NCBI GenBank assembly: GCA_951406725.2
Contig: OX597823.1
Coordinates: 72,974,001-73,038,000 of the forward strand
Source of the DNA: Octopus vulgaris
Taxonomy: Eukaryota
Length of the DNA stretch: 64,000 nucleotides
Direction of reading: 5' to 3'
Shown here: one piece after another, positions 1 to 14,341 of the stretch
Numbering within the stretch: the stretch's first letter is position 1
How the letters are laid out: every line of letters begins with the position of its first letter
Program-made: the position numbers and the translations under genes
Notes under the pieces: model-generated
What the model was told of the DNA's origin: nothing
What the model saw: only the letters and a program-made list of their open reading frames with translations
Database searches by the model: none

Positions 1-299
1 TAGCGTTGTATGCATGCATGTCCTCTCACAAAGTGTAGTGTGCTGGACGTTAGTTCATAAGGAAAAGTAAGGTGAACTATTTTTTTCTAGAAATGGCCCA
101 TCCATACACGGCATTAAGTCTGCCTTTATACTCATTTGAAAAACCAAGTTTATATTCATGTAGAAATGTTATACAACCAAGCATTTTACAAAGAATTGCA
201 GAAAATACGCAAAATTACTGGAGAGTAATCCATATGGTCCGAATATATTAATAAATAAACAAATAAATTAGTCAATTAGTGATTCAGTCGTCAAAGGAG

Positions 300-1900
300 A
301 AAATGGTTATATTTTAAAATGCTCTTAGCACAATAATCCTCTGACAGAAACGATAAAATAAAAGATATTTAAAGAATTCGTAACTACAGTATGTGTTCCG
401 TTGTATGCTTGCTAAGAATAGTAAATAATAATTAGATTATAATTAGATTAAAAATTAAATTAAGTTAAGTGAAAATTATGAAAAAGGAGCAAATTTAGAG
501 GAATAACTTTCGGCATTAGAGAATGAAGATATCGTTGAAGAATTAGTTCCACAGAGTGTAAGGGAAAATATGGCGAGAGATGAAAGAAAATATAAAGTGT
601 ATGCGATAATGTAAAATGAAAATCTTCTTCTAAAAGTGTTAGGTTAATTAATTAATTAAATGATTAAGTGAATATGTTAACAATAGATATGAAGCAATAA
701 GGTAAATTGATATGAAGAATGGCAACATAGTGGATAAACTAGGGAAAGATTTTGAGGAAAATCCGAGCAGTCGAAAGACGTTCAAATATGAGAATGAATA
801 AAAAATGTTGAATATTAAAGGAAGAAACCTAAATGAAGTAGATGAAAGAAACCTATATAAATTGTTTCAAGTAGAAATTTCGATGCTAAATCAAAATGAA
901 TAAGCAAAAATAATCCAGGAATGGTGGTGACAGAGAAGTTAACGTTTATCGATGTAATATAAAAACGAATGAATTTGAATATGAGGAGCGACGTGTAAAA
1001 TTGGGAATGATTTGTAAGGCTTCTGAATAACAATAAGTGCAGTGTTTACGTTGAAAGCATAACAAAGAAATAAGATGGTTCTGAACGTGATACATTGATG
1101 TGAGTATTATTTACCATCTTTATAAATCAGTTGAAGTAGTGGTGGTGCAAATTAAATTTAAATGAATACATTGATACGTGAACCCATACTAATTAAATGG
1201 AAGTTAATTTTGTACATATGCAGAGAAATATTAACCCCTAACGTAAGCAAAATATTTACAATATATATGAATTTATAAATATTCTAAATTAATATGATGA
1301 TTTCATTTGAGGTGACAGTGAATATTCTCTGAAAGTATGGTCTTAACCAAATAAGATTTTCAGTTTTAAGATACTGAAATATTTCCTGGCATTTTGTTGC
1401 TTGTTTAGGATTTAGCTGTAGATAAAGTGCTCCATTTGAATTAATATGTTAATTACTTCTATTTAAATTCCGAGAAGGAGCATGAGAAAGAGAGGTTTCA
1501 TTACATGGATCGGGATTTCCAGATGAGTGAGTATGATTACTGAAGCAGATTTATTAATAAAAAAAAATCCGCCCTTTAAATTGTTAATCTGTGCTGTGGT
1601 TTGATAAACTATATAATTAGCTATGTAGTTAGAATGTAGAGGAAAAATGATAAATACACAGAGTTAGGTATTGTTAGGTATTTAGTAAGTTTATCCAGAA
1701 AAAAACATTGAAAAGTTGGGGTTTGATTTTGTTTCAAAATGTTAGGATATTTGTTCTATGGGTTGTCTAGCAGAAAATTTATCATATTAATGTTAGTTGC
1801 CTTAAATATTTGCACGTTTAGTTTTCAGCGGATATAGCAAAAGGAGACCGATGTGATCGCTTATTAAGAAGCTAACATATAACAGAAAATTTAAATGAGG
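300..1900 (-). pseudogene. Heavily decayed LINE (CR1/L2/Jockey-like) reverse transcriptase remnant
   Basis: Minus-strand fragments resemble successive APE-LINE RT motifs in the right order: (Q)YGF near 1180-1195, an AF-x-V-N-like block near 1040-1065, LG-x-LIFNIF near 805-832 and a degenerate YADD-like block near 715-735. Many stops and frameshifts; ends approximate. Confidence 0.4.
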
Positions 1901-2460
1901 TTTATTCTCATAAAATCATTGAAATTTACGAAAATTTTTCATCAATGTAATATATAACCTACTTGGGAGACAGTTATGTCGGTAATCGATTTTGCAAAAT
2001 TGCACATATTAGTTAGTAGACGATACGTAATGAGAGTTAATATCAGTATTAGATTTTTGGACATTCCTCATTTTTGGACAGATATAAACTAGGCAATTAC
2101 TATACAATAATTCTATAATGTCAAGGGTGCTATTCCTTAATGTTAGATATAATTTTGCTTTTAATTGCGTAATAATTACTCTTTGGTTTGATTAATCAGG
2201 GAGATGTAAGTTCAAATTTATTGCTTATTTTTTAAATCACAACGAATTTATTCAGGCTTGGAAAGTGCAGCCTTTGCGTCAGTGCGTCAGTTTACAGAGT
2301 AAAAACAATATATTTCTCTAAGATGATAATCTCATTAAAGGTTTTCCAATTTACTTGCACGCATAAGTGCAGTAAACAGAGACAAAACTGCGAAATGTGG
2401 CAGAGTTTAATTTTATGAAGTTCTTCATCTCATTAGATTGAACGAATATTTTAACCTAGC

Positions 2461-2462
<2 letters not shown>

Positions 2463-2527
<65 letters not shown>
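2463..2527. repeat. (ATT)n microsatellite
   Basis: Directly visible. Confidence 0.97.
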
Positions 2528-3399
2528 TCAGGAAATTTAATGAGTGATTAATGATGGAAACAATTAATTCTCTAAATTTAATGTTTTTAATTTACTAAAG
2601 CGAAAAAAATCTTCTTTCAAATGTATACGAGTACTTTATAATGAATGTGGTCGTTTTAGCTTTATGAATTAGCATTTTTCAATCATATACGTACGTATGT
2701 ATCTATATATGTATATATCTTGTATGTGCGTTTGTCTGTGTATATTAGCAAGTGACAAACAGAGTGATTCTATGCGCGTTTGTTTTTGAGTGTGTATGTT
2801 TGCTTAATGTGAAGAGTTTTGAAAGGAATGGGCAGAGGAGAAAAATTAAGAATCGTCACCCAACACCTACATCAGTACAACTACAGACGACACAGCTATC
2901 GTTATTCGCGTCACTAAAGGTAACGCTGACGTCAGAGAAGCTATGCATCTTTCACAAAACAATATAGTAAAAGAGAGTGTGCTACCTTCCTCTAACTACT
3001 ACAAGGCGTATGTATCACTTGATATCATACATAACTATATGTAGTTTCTGTAATTATATGCGTACGTATGTAGTTAGTATCTAGTGCACAAACGCACATA
3101 TATACGACATACGTATACATATACATATATGTATTGTATGCAAGTATGTGCACTACGTATCAGCTATATACATATGTATATTAAAATATGAACCACAGAT
3201 ATATTAGTTTGTATTATTCACAGATATATTAGTTTGTATTATACACACACACATATATATGTGTATGTATGTAGATACACGTAACTAGTTAGACAGACAG
3301 GCAAAGAGATTGATAGAGAGGGAGAGAGAGATACAATGAGAGTGAGACAGATAGACAGACATATAGGGGAGATAGAGGCATAAATAGACATAAAGATAG

Positions 3400-3570
3400 A
3401 TAAACGCAAAGAGAGATAGACAGATAGACAGATAGATAGATAGATAGATGATAGATAGATGATAGATAGAGGATAGATAGATAGATATATGATAGATAGA
3501 TGATAGATATATAGATAAATAGATAGATAGATAGATAGATAGATGATAGATGATAGATAGATAGACAGAC

Positions 3571-3630
<60 letters not shown>

Positions 3631-3671
3631 TGATAGATGATAGATATATAGATAGATAGATAAATAGATAT

Positions 3672-3748
<77 letters not shown>
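3400..3748. repeat. (GATA)n microsatellite, partly degenerate
   Basis: Directly visible; explains the IYLS-repeat ORF 3289..3813. Confidence 0.97.
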
Positions 3749-3749
<1 letters not shown>

Positions 3750-3915
3750 GCGTATATCTTTCTATATAATTTTCTGACTTTTGCTTTATCGCTTCACTTT
3801 CACAGTTTTTCACAGTGACTCAGATGATGCAACTGCCAGTCGCCCCCTTTCTCATCTGTCCCTATCTTTACCCACCACTCACGCACATACTCATATATTC
3901 ACATGTACACACATG

Positions 3916-3979
<64 letters not shown>

Positions 3980-4419
3980 ACCACATAAATAATTTGTATA
4001 CAATTCTACAGGCGATTCAATTCCTCAATGCTTTTCAAATGGCACCTTTTAGAAAATACAGAGGCATTGAATGAATTGCAAATTATGAGCGTATGTGTAT
4101 GTATGTATGAATACGCGCGTGTATGTGATGTGTGTGTAAGTATGTATCTATAAAAATCTTTGTACGTGTGCATATATGCTTATTAAGCCTTTCAATTCAC
4201 AAACAAGCGATTTACATACAATATGAAAAAATGTATAAAATTATTAAATATAAAGAAAACTAGAGAAAATAAACAATAATGGAACAGATTCTAATTATTT
4301 ATTGTCGAGGTGAACTTATTCTCTTACTACTTATAAATTCACAACTATCGCTGTCTATTGAACAGTGATATCCGCAAATCCTCAGTAGTAGCAAAAAAGT
4401 ATAGAAAATATCTATATAA

Positions 4420-4450
<31 letters not shown>

Positions 4451-4451
4451 C

Positions 4452-4483
<32 letters not shown>

Positions 4484-4582
4484 GTATACACGCACACACA
4501 TACACACACAAACACACATATATATATGTATATATATATGCATGTTTATATATATATACATATATATAAACATATATATATA

Positions 4583-4698
<116 letters not shown>

Positions 4699-4729
4699 TA
4701 GATAGATAGATATAGATATAGAAATATAG

Positions 4730-4897
4730 GGGGAATTCACAAAAAAAGACGAGACAGCTGGTGTAGAGAACAAACAAATGCATTAGTATAACGCGCGGAA
4801 TGTGAAAAAGTCTTTAACGTTTCGAGTCTACCATCTTCCACAGAAAGAAACAATGGGAGAAAATAAAGAATGTGTAGTGGCTAGCGATCTAGCATGG

Positions 4898-4899
<2 letters not shown>
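4730..4899 (-). mobile_element. Short non-coding hammerhead-bearing element, family B (probable PLE pseudo-LTR derivative)
   Basis: Lies between (GATA)/(TA) tracts. Similar to 41650-41830 and 48928-49080. Minus strand 4811-4848 reads TCTTT CTGTGGA A GATG GTAG ACTC GAAACGT T AAAGA. Confidence 0.6.
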
Positions 4900-4951
<52 letters not shown>

Positions 4952-4954
<3 letters not shown>

Positions 4955-5091
4955 AGTATTTACATTATATGCATTTGACGGATATTTGTTCTCGTCTTGT
5001 TAAAACGTTTCGGCTGATATACCCTCCGGCCTTCATCAGGTGTCTTCGGGATACTTCAAATGGGTTCTCATTCCTAAGGTAATTGTCGATG
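4952..5091 (-). mobile_element. Short hammerhead-bearing element, family C
   Basis: Flanked by (TA)n on the left and (ATT)n on the right. Contains the hammerhead motif at ~5000-5044. Confidence 0.55.
5000..5044 (-). ncRNA. Minimal type I hammerhead ribozyme motif
   Basis: Minus strand: ACAC CTGATGA A GGC-CG-GAGGGTATAT-CA-GCC GAA ACGT T. Canonical CUGANGA and GAAA boxes, stem II, palindromic ACGT. Stem I is eroded in this copy. Confidence 0.6.
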
Positions 5092-5106
5092 TTATTATTA
5101 TTATTA

Positions 5107-5161
<55 letters not shown>

Positions 5162-5162
<1 letters not shown>

Positions 5163-5701
5163 GAGTGAGAGAGTAGTGCATGTCGTCAAAGTGTCACTGG
5201 GGTAAAATATACGAAGCCCAGTGTATCATGACTACCCTTCTGATTAGAGTACACCAGGCACATGCATCGCAACCATATGTGCGCGACATGGCGATCTCAT
5301 ATCAAGATAAACATCACATGACCTTGCAGGTGGGGCGCAGGTAGAATGTTCTTCTGCTCGAGTAACCCATCCCGCTCAAAATGTCCCTGAATAAATGTTG
5401 TTTAAAGATTTTGAACGAACCACCCATGTTTCCGAAGGTGAATTATTCAAACCTCCAAAATCCCTCTCAACACATGGCTATGATGCACCCTCACTACTTC
5501 TGCCCGTAATCAGAGATGCACATATCGTCAGCCACTAAGGGACATGCTCAACTGGTTAAGGTCAAACAACTGACAAGCAAATCTGTTGAATATTTGCTGT
5601 AGACCATTTTTTATACCAAGACAAATCAATGTACATGATAACACTTCCAATCAGTTAAGATCAGAAGCCATTAGAGTCACTGTCTGGTACTGCATCAGGG
5701 C

Positions 5702-5703
<2 letters not shown>
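5162..5703. mobile_element. Unclassified GC-richer segment bounded by (ATT)n tracts (possibly the 3' region of an AAT-targeting non-LTR element)
   Basis: Sharp boundaries against (ATT)n on both sides. No recognisable ORF. Adjacent to two RLE element 3' ends. Confidence 0.4.
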
Positions 5704-5735
<32 letters not shown>

Positions 5736-5738
<3 letters not shown>

Positions 5739-6021
5739 TAGTTTTATTTTTATAGCGTGCTTTCACTTCACTACCGAGCGCACCTCTGTGTGCCTTGGGT
5801 ATGTGCTGTGATTTGTTGTGATGCTCTGATGGTTATTGTATGGAAAGTGTTCTGCGTAGGATGTGTGCAGTGCCTAGTAGTGCAATTTTCTGTATGTTAT
5901 ATGTGTTTGTAAGTCCTGGTGTTTTTGTTATGTATTTGTCTGAATATTTTTTTATCATGCCTAATGCACCTACTATAATAGGAATTGTTTCTGTTTTCAG
6001 GTTCCACATTCTAGTTACCTC

Positions 6022-6022
<1 letters not shown>
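5736..6022 (-). mobile_element. 3' end of RLE-type non-LTR retrotransposon (R4/Dong-like), 5'-truncated
   Basis: Minus 6022->5833 translates EVTRMWNLKTETIPIIVGALGMIKKYSDKYITKTPGLTNTYNIQKIALLGTAHILRRTLSIQ*, a typical RLE C-terminus. A short 3'UTR follows, then an (AAT)n tail. Confidence 0.85.
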
Positions 6023-6096
<74 letters not shown>

Positions 6097-6640
6097 CTTT
6101 GTACATCTTCTAACGCTGGAGATGTACTGCAGTATGAGCTATTCACTACCAGTGAACTAAGGTAACACCTCTTATTTTTCGAGCACCTTCCGGAGTTGTC
6201 GAGCAGTTCCAAGCAGTGCTGTTTTCTGCAAGTTCTTCTCTTTATTGCGGCCTCTATTTGTTCCATGTTCTTCTCGAGATTTTTGTTCGCCGTTCCCAGG
6301 GCTCCGACAATTATTGGTACTACTGCCACATTTTCCATCGACCACAACTGTTTTACCTCCCAAACCAACCTGTTGTACCTATCGACTTTTCTTTTTTTCC
6401 TTATCGCATACCTTGTTGTCAGCTGGGCAGGCTATATCTGTGATCCAGCATAGTTTACTTTCTTTCTTAATTAAGACTATGTCTGGCTTCCTATTTTCTA
6501 TCTCATGGCCGTACCGAATCATAAAATCCTATAGGATCTTTGCGTTTCTATTTTCAACGATGCCTTCAGGGTTATGGACGTACCAATTATTTCCACTGTG
6601 AAGCCCATACGTGTTGCAATGTGTTCAATGGAAAAGCCTT
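6097..6640 (-). mobile_element. 3' end of a second RLE-type non-LTR retrotransposon (R4/Dong-like)
   Basis: Minus strand: NWYVHNPEGIVENRNAKIL*DF...NRKPDIVLIKKESKLCWITDIACPAD...VVPIIVGALGT.../QKTALLGTARQLRKVLEK*. This is a PD-x-D restriction-like endonuclease, frameshifted. It ends in (AAC)n/(AAT)n. Confidence 0.88.
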
Positions 6641-8553
6641 ATTTCGCAGTTATTTTCGGTCAGAAAAATAAGTGCAATTTTATTTCTCTTAAGCGTATTT
6701 ACGTCTGAAATTATTGCATGGTAACTGAGACAATAGCTATCAATTTAACAGTGTCAATAACACGCAGTTAAAACAAATCGCTATGATGCAGGAGAAATGT
6801 AGATTACTGCGCAAGTGCCTTGCGGTATGGAGTAGCATTCTGTTCTCAGATGCCGTCAGAACCAGCTTTAACTTTCAGAAATCTAATCTTATAAGTTTAT
6901 ATTAAATATCTATTGATATGTACACAGCATCAGCTTTAGAATGAGACTCAAGTTAAAACTTCTATTGTCATTAAAATTTCAATTGTCATTAAACTTCTAT
7001 TTTCATTAAAAAGGATGACTGATATAAACAATTACGGTCTTATTTAGAACGCAATAAGCCTCAATAAAATATGAAACAGCCCATTGTCCAACACTCTACA
7101 CCATTTATGACATATTATTCTTCTACCTGTATCTCATGTAATTTGAAAATTAATATTAAGTAACTTGGAGCAAGTCGTCGTATATTTATGAGTTATCACA
7201 AATATTTTAGACATTACGAACAGCGTACCTGTAATAGCGATTTTTAGCCGTTAATGTAGATTAACTTTACTCCCTTGCAGAGATTATAAAGATAATACGT
7301 CAGCGCAGTAAACAATTTTCCATTGTAATGCTAGTAATCAGTAACAAATTCAAGGCGGTTGAGAGGAATAATTATAGTATAAGCCCAAATAAAAACAGTT
7401 ATTTATCGAGCAAAACGCGGGCTTTGTTTTAAAATATAATTTTCTTTCGTGTCTTGCACTGCTACAGGAGAACGTTCCCCTCTTACACGTTATTATTTGT
7501 TTCTCGTTTGATTAGCACGATCAATACTTGTTTCAATAACAGCTTAACGTTAACTGTTAATATATTAGTATCTGTGTGCAACTGTAAGATGTAATAGTTG
7601 TTTGTTATTTGATGTTTCCTGTTAGTTAATGTATTTGTTGAAGCTGAAACAATTGATCAGACTGTTATTTCACTGTTGAGTGTACTACACATTCGAATGT
7701 ATAGTATACTTTCCTACATCCATACCATTGTCACTTCATAAAGTCAATCACCATTACTGCTATTGTCATAAATATTCATATAACCTATTGATTATTTAAC
7801 CAATCAGCATTCGTGTATAGTTGAGCTAATGGTGCAAGAACTGACTCTTGTGAAGTCTTTGATTAGGAACATATTGGATTTTAAATCTCTTTCAACAAAC
7901 AAAATCTGGTTTCATAAATTGACTGAACATCAGAGACACAGATTAACACAGTGTAAAACCTACATATTTGGGAGCAAACATTATTGTGATGCGAAGATGT
8001 TTGCTGTTTACTACGCAATTAAGTGTTATCGGTATCGATACCATGCAAAAGCTCTTCAACAAATTTCTTTTGGATTAACCCGGAAAGCATATAACGCCCA
8101 CCTACAAAAATTCGTGTGAAGTGGTTGTACTCACCTGTTGTGTGTATTAGTTTCTAGAAATAAACTTGTGAGAACTTCTAAAGCAGCTGAATTTCCCCGA
8201 GTTATATAACCATAGAAAATTCATTAATTCTAATCAAATCAGACCCCCTTTGAAACAAGATGCTCTTTCCATGAACCCATATCGATCATTAATAATGAGG
8301 TACCCAAGTGAATTTCAATTTATATATCAATAATTTGGTTATTGCTTAAGTCAATGTCTCAAAGACAAACTGAAATCAGATAATCTAAAATACCGGTGCC
8401 TACAGAAGATAAGTCATAAGTCAGTAGTTTAGGTGTACGCTGGATAGATATGTTTTCCATAGCAGATTTTATAACATTTTTTGTTTGGTATGTTTTGTAA
8501 ACGTGGGAGAATGTTTTGTACCCCACTAGTGTAGTTGTCGCATGTCCTATAAC

Positions 8554-8609
<56 letters not shown>

Positions 8610-9909
8610 ATGTGCACATGTATGTGTGTGTGTGCAGATATGAAATATATACTGTATGTATCTGTATGTGCGTGTAAATATATTTATATATTTGCTTGTT
8701 TGTATGTGTGTCAGTGTCTAAAGAAACACAGGCATCCACTCACACACGCACACAAGCACGCTCTCACACACACAAGCACGCTCTCACACACACATATACA
8801 TATTCAAGCTAATATGTAATTATGGTAAATTTTTATCTGTCTTTTCCTATCAATACTGAGTCATATGTATCTATTTATGTGTGCCTATATATGTTTGTGT
8901 ATGCATATATGAATATTTGAGGGTATACATACGTATAATCACACATAAATATTTATATTTGTATTTACCTTATATCAGTATTTATAATTATCCAGATTGA
9001 ATCTCTAATATTATCAACATCATCCCTATTATTTATTCGGTTTTACAATAAATACAATTCATATTTTAAGCTTCACCTACATTGTTTTGCTTTTCTCTTT
9101 ATATTTCATTTAGAATTATCTACATATATATCTGTTTTCGGTGCCGCCTGCTGTTTGCATACATAAATTTCGAAGTGTCATACAATTTCCATTCAGTATA
9201 TACCAACAGCGATATTTAAGCGTATCTTATAATAGGTGTTTATGTTATATTTGTATAGAATATATTGAAACTATTCACGTTGTTTCCATCTCTTGGATAT
9301 ATTCTCAAAATAACTCATACCTCATATAGCAACTTTACTCTATAATTTGTTTGTAGATGCGTTCTACTCTTGCTTATACACACGTATATAGCTGTATGTA
9401 ATCAGACTGATATATTTAAATAAGCCTACTTCATTATATGTTTGTTTGCGTGTGTCCATGTGCGCATGTGTGCGAGCTGATATATAGTAATCTTTTTATT
9501 TCTATCTACATCACCATTCATTCACCTATAAAACTAAACCTCGCCCCTCTTTCGCTTTCCGTAACCCCTCTCCCCAAGTTTAAAGAAAACAAAAATATTT
9601 TTAAAAAACTTGGTCTTTGTAACAGAAAAAATAATTGTCTAATGCTGGATATACTTTGCAAATTTAAAATATTCTGAAAAAATATAACAGTAAAACCTGT
9701 TGAGAGTTGTGGCACAGCTAGAGCTGTGACAAACACTGGTTCCAATTAGTGAAGTAAATTCACCTAAGGGAATATTTTGTTATAGCAAGCAATGAAAGAA
9801 AGCTTATAGAATCAACATATAAATACCGTCGCAAATTTCCCTTTCAACTTGTCTGTACGTACGGAGGTAACGGAAGGTATATTTTGTAATCAGTTTTACA
9901 TGCGTCTTC

Positions 9910-10040
9910 CGCCGTGGTTGACTTTGCCTTTCATCGTTTCGGGGTCGATAAATTAAGTACCAGTTGCGTACTGGGTGGTCAATCTAATCGACTGGCCCCT
10001 CCCCCAAAATTTCGGGCCCTGTGTCTAGATTAGAAAGGAA
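9910..10040 (+). mobile_element. 5'-truncated tRNA-derived SINE (Nin/Deu-like central domain) with 16-bp TSD
   Basis: Core GACTTTGCCTTTCATC..GGGGTCGATAAATTAAGTACCAG is shared with other copies. Perfect TSD TTTTACATGCGTCTTC at 9894-9909 and 10041-10056. Confidence 0.9.
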
Positions 10041-12156
10041 TTTTACATGCGTCTTCGTCCGAATAAAGTGTAGTGATACGAACGATATTGAACGGTTTTG
10101 CAACTAAAACATTTGAACTTTTCGATAATGCATTAATCTCCCCACAAAACGTGAATTATTTGGACAGTTTCTGTCTGTTCCGATATAATTTTGTTTCAGC
10201 TCATAGTAATTCGATAAGGAAAAAGTTCACAACATTCCGCCCCAGTAAACCACTATTGTTCCTGAAAGTATTTTGTTTTTTTAAATATTTTCTACGGATT
10301 GCTAGAACCTTCTTCCTGCACCTCGAACCATGTAGCTGAGTGTTCCAACATTAATAATCTCAAATTTTGGTAGCGTAATATTTTGGCTTTTTCCCTCTTG
10401 TTAAGAAGTTGTTATAATGTATAAGAAGTTCTTATTTTTTATTAATTTACCATGGCTTACATCATTACTCTTTGTGGCCAATAAGATTGAATGTCTGCTT
10501 CAATTCGAACCCGCAGGCCAAGCGAGCATCTTCTCAGTACATGCCTGATCAATAATAAGTGTCACAAATAAACAAATAGGAAAGGTACTGAGTAGTTTCT
10601 CTTATAAACAAATACAATTAAAACAAGAATTTTCCATCAGCGGCTTCTACATATTCTCGCTATTTCTAGGCTGTCATCTATCGCTAGTGAGCATGTCAGC
10701 CTGCATCATTATTCAGCCATCACCTTCAATTTATGCCTTTGAAGGAATCTTTTGAAGTACATAGTCACGAAATGTCTTTAAAATATTCATTTTACTAAGT
10801 TTGGCATGTTATTAACGACGCCCTATCGAGTAAATATCATTGACTTTACAAGGGGGTTATATTTTCACTTTGCAGTGACCGAAAAGTGTTGCGGGTTCTC
10901 AGTAGAGATCGTCCTAAATATTGCCGTGGTATTGTTTCATTGTTACAGGCAACCTATACAGCAGTACTAGGCAAGGCAAGAACAATCAACTCGTCAATGT
11001 GTTACGTATTTACATCACACAATTTACTAAATTTATAAATCTTTAGGAAAACGAACATCCAAGCAAAGGTATTCTGTACAGGTGCTATACGGAATCTATT
11101 AACTTACAACAACGATGAGTAATAACTGATATGGAAGACTCCTGTCGGGTTTCGAATCAAATTCGACAAGATTGCATTGAATTGGATTAAAGTTGATATT
11201 TATAATCTTTAAACCATATAATTTCAATCATTTAGTTTGGAGATGTGTTGTATCTGAATCCAATGACTACAGGTGGTATGTTTAGCCAGTAATTAAATAC
11301 AAATTGCTATACATTCTAAGAAATGAAAATAAATTCTAAGATTTGGTATAGCCCTACAGACTGAGTCTTTAACCTACATCTTGATAAGCTTATTCCGAAA
11401 CTCATAATCGATTCACTTAGCAAATTATATACTCGTTTCTAAGTTTCATAGCATCACACATACGACATAGAGTTGCTTATATTTTAAATCCTAACCGATC
11501 ATGAATTGATCTATTCTTAATTGTTGAAAGAGATATTTGAAAGAAGAGAGGCATCATATTTACTCCACATCCTTCGATTCATTTCATTTGGTTATATATA
11601 CGATTTTGAAATAGCTAGAAAGAAAAGGAATAGCAATAATTTATTTTTTATTCAATCAAAAATATTTAAAAGGACTGTTCCTTTGCAATAATCAGTACTT
11701 GGCATGTAAAATTTATTAATTTGAAACTAACATTGTTATTGATTATTTTTTATGATATTTTTAAACATTAAAAAATACAGAAATGAATGCTTGCATACAG
11801 ATAATAAATCTCTGTTGGTATGCACTTAACGGAATGGAAAGAAATGATCCATTATGAAATATATATCATGGTGTTTGATTGCAGGAAAGAAAGGGCTAGT
11901 CATATCACCGAGAAGATCAGTTATTTAATTTAGATGGAAATAATCACAATGTTCATCATTGGAATAAAGATATCACTATTTTATATATGCCCTTCCTACT
12001 GGTGTTCACCTGGTTCACGCACACTCTCACACACACAAGCACACAAGCACACATACACACACAAACACGCACAAAAACACACATATATATTCATTATATA
12101 TCATATTATATATTATATCATATTATATACATACATATATACTTACATATATATAT

Positions 12157-12247
<91 letters not shown>

Positions 12248-12985
12248 CATACATATATAGTTAAAAAATCAATGAGTGCGTGCGTTACATAAATAATAGT
12301 TAATCCTGAAAAATATATATTCCTTAGTTTCGGCCATTCGTGACCCTTTCTATAGAGTGCCTCTCCTCTTCTAACCTTTCTATCACTCCCTCTCTTCTTG
12401 TCTTTCATTCACCTCACGTTGGTTATTCTCTTTCTCTTTCTTCTCTGTCTTCCATTTACCTTATACTGATTCGTTTTGCCTTCCTTCCACCAACTCCCCT
12501 ATCGATACCATTCCTTTCCTAATCTGCTTTATTATAGACAGAAATTACTCGGACCATAGAAGCATTAACGTTTCAGGTCATTCAATTTTTCTCAACCTAT
12601 CAAGGGACCTATTGAGTAAACTTGTTAATAGCAAACCTATGTTGACTACTGGAGACTGCTGTAAGTTAAATTTACTGCAATAAGCAAAAGTATATAATGA
12701 CCATTCTTTATACCTTTTCTTGTATATCACTCTGTATAAAAACCAGTATAAATGGAGCACAACCATAGATTTATAATATAGAATGGTGATAATTATAATC
12801 TCAGCCAATGCCACAAGGATACGCGGAGTTCTTTACTTATCTAAACAATATTGGTAGCTTGGTGTACAAAAAGACAACTCAGAAAGTGTTTTGCTCGGAT
12901 TGATAATCCCGTACTATCACTCCGTTTTATATGTATAATCCTAAATCTGACTTTTCCCTGTAAATTTGGATTTATTCCCTAATAT

Positions 12986-13016
<31 letters not shown>

Positions 13017-13021
13017 TATAT

Positions 13022-13197
13022 AGCCACATGTGAATCGTTGGCGATTTCCTTCCTCCGTCTTCCCTTCTGTTGGACTTTCGTCTATTTCCGAACACGATCG
13101 TGTGCTAAAATGTTAAACCATCTTTCTTTCCATCCCTGAGCGTCTGCTAAAGTATTACTTGTCCCACGTCCTCGCGTTGTTGGTTTTGGGACTTTAC
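13022..13197 (+). mobile_element. Degraded copy of short hammerhead element family A in (TA)n
   Basis: Shares CCACGTCCTCGCGTTG, CCTGAGCGTC and GTTAAACC blocks with 49124-49323. The ribozyme core has decayed. Confidence 0.7.
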
Positions 13198-13249
<52 letters not shown>

Positions 13250-13759
13250 TATATGCATATATATATGTGTGTGTGTGCATGTGTATATGTGCATGTATGT
13301 GTGTGTATGTGCATGTATGCGTGTGTATCTATAAATGGGTAGCAAGAGAAATATCGGAAAGCCATTCAAAGATACAGAAAAAATGAAGAGAACATAGGGT
13401 TATCGATATATACAAATATTGAAATATATACTTATACACTGAGATATATCATTCCTGTATGTTGTCTGTATGGGTGTTGTGGTAGTTGATAAGCACAAGA
13501 ATGCCTGTCTCCATAAGCGTACAAATATGTGTCTTCTTAGTCACGTATGTAATATATCAATATATTTCTTTCCCTCTTTTGATATGTGGTTATAAACGTG
13601 GACGTGTCTTTGTGTGTGTGTGTATGTGTGTGCAAATGTGTGTTTGTCTGTGTGTGTGTGTGTGTGTGTATGTGAAGAAGTATAAATAAGTGGGGACAGA
13701 AGAACATAAATTATTTGACAAGCGATCACACACCATTGTTTTTGTAGGCATTTCTTGCC

Positions 13760-13880
13760 GTTGTTAATGCTGCTGCTGATGGTGTTGCTGTTGTTGATGT
13801 TTTTGCTCTTGCTGTTCTTCTTCTTCTTGTTCTTCTTGTTCTTGTTCTTGTTGTTCTTCTTCTTCTTCACCTCCTCCTCC
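13760..13880. repeat. Compound (CTG/TTG/TTC/TCC)n trinucleotide low-complexity tract
   Basis: Directly visible; produces the spurious poly-Q/E/K/F ORFs. Confidence 0.9.
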
Positions 13881-14180
13881 TTCAATTCCTCGTTCCTTCA
13901 CTCCCTCCACCTTCTCGTAATTATTGTTACTGCTAACACGTGTTTTGTCACCCAGATCGACTTCTTTAAATAACAGCATAACGCTGTGATAGCTCTTCAG
14001 TAACACACCCATCTATCAATGCTTAAATGATATGTGTATGTGTGTAAAAAAACCCACTGATGTTCCTGAAAATTTCTTTTTATGCCTTCTACTATCTTTA
14101 TACTTTCTAGTAGCTTATCTTCCTAAACCTTAATCCGCGATCTTACCTTTACACACGCACACAAACATACTCACTCATAT

Positions 14181-14219
<39 letters not shown>

Positions 14220-14300
14220 GTAAGGAAAAATTTTTTTTAAATGCAGAATGCTCAAATGAAAGAAAATTTGAGAAATTGATAAAATATATAAATATATATT

Positions 14301-14341
14301 TATTCAACCGGTTTTCGTCATTGTATGACTTGTCAAGAATA
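14301..14341 (-). ncRNA. Variant minimal hammerhead ribozyme (U3-A8), inverted-arm copy
   Basis: Exact reverse complement of 17096-17136. Confidence 0.65.

Noticed and set aside
3194-3242. 25-bp-period tandem duplication (similar short duplications at ~6955-7010, ~34099-34138 and ~53601-53644)
   Set aside because: Ordinary slippage duplications; no spacer structure, not CRISPR-like
13541-14012. Poly-Q/E/K/F ORFs
   Set aside because: Trinucleotide low-complexity tract open in several frames; no exon evidence
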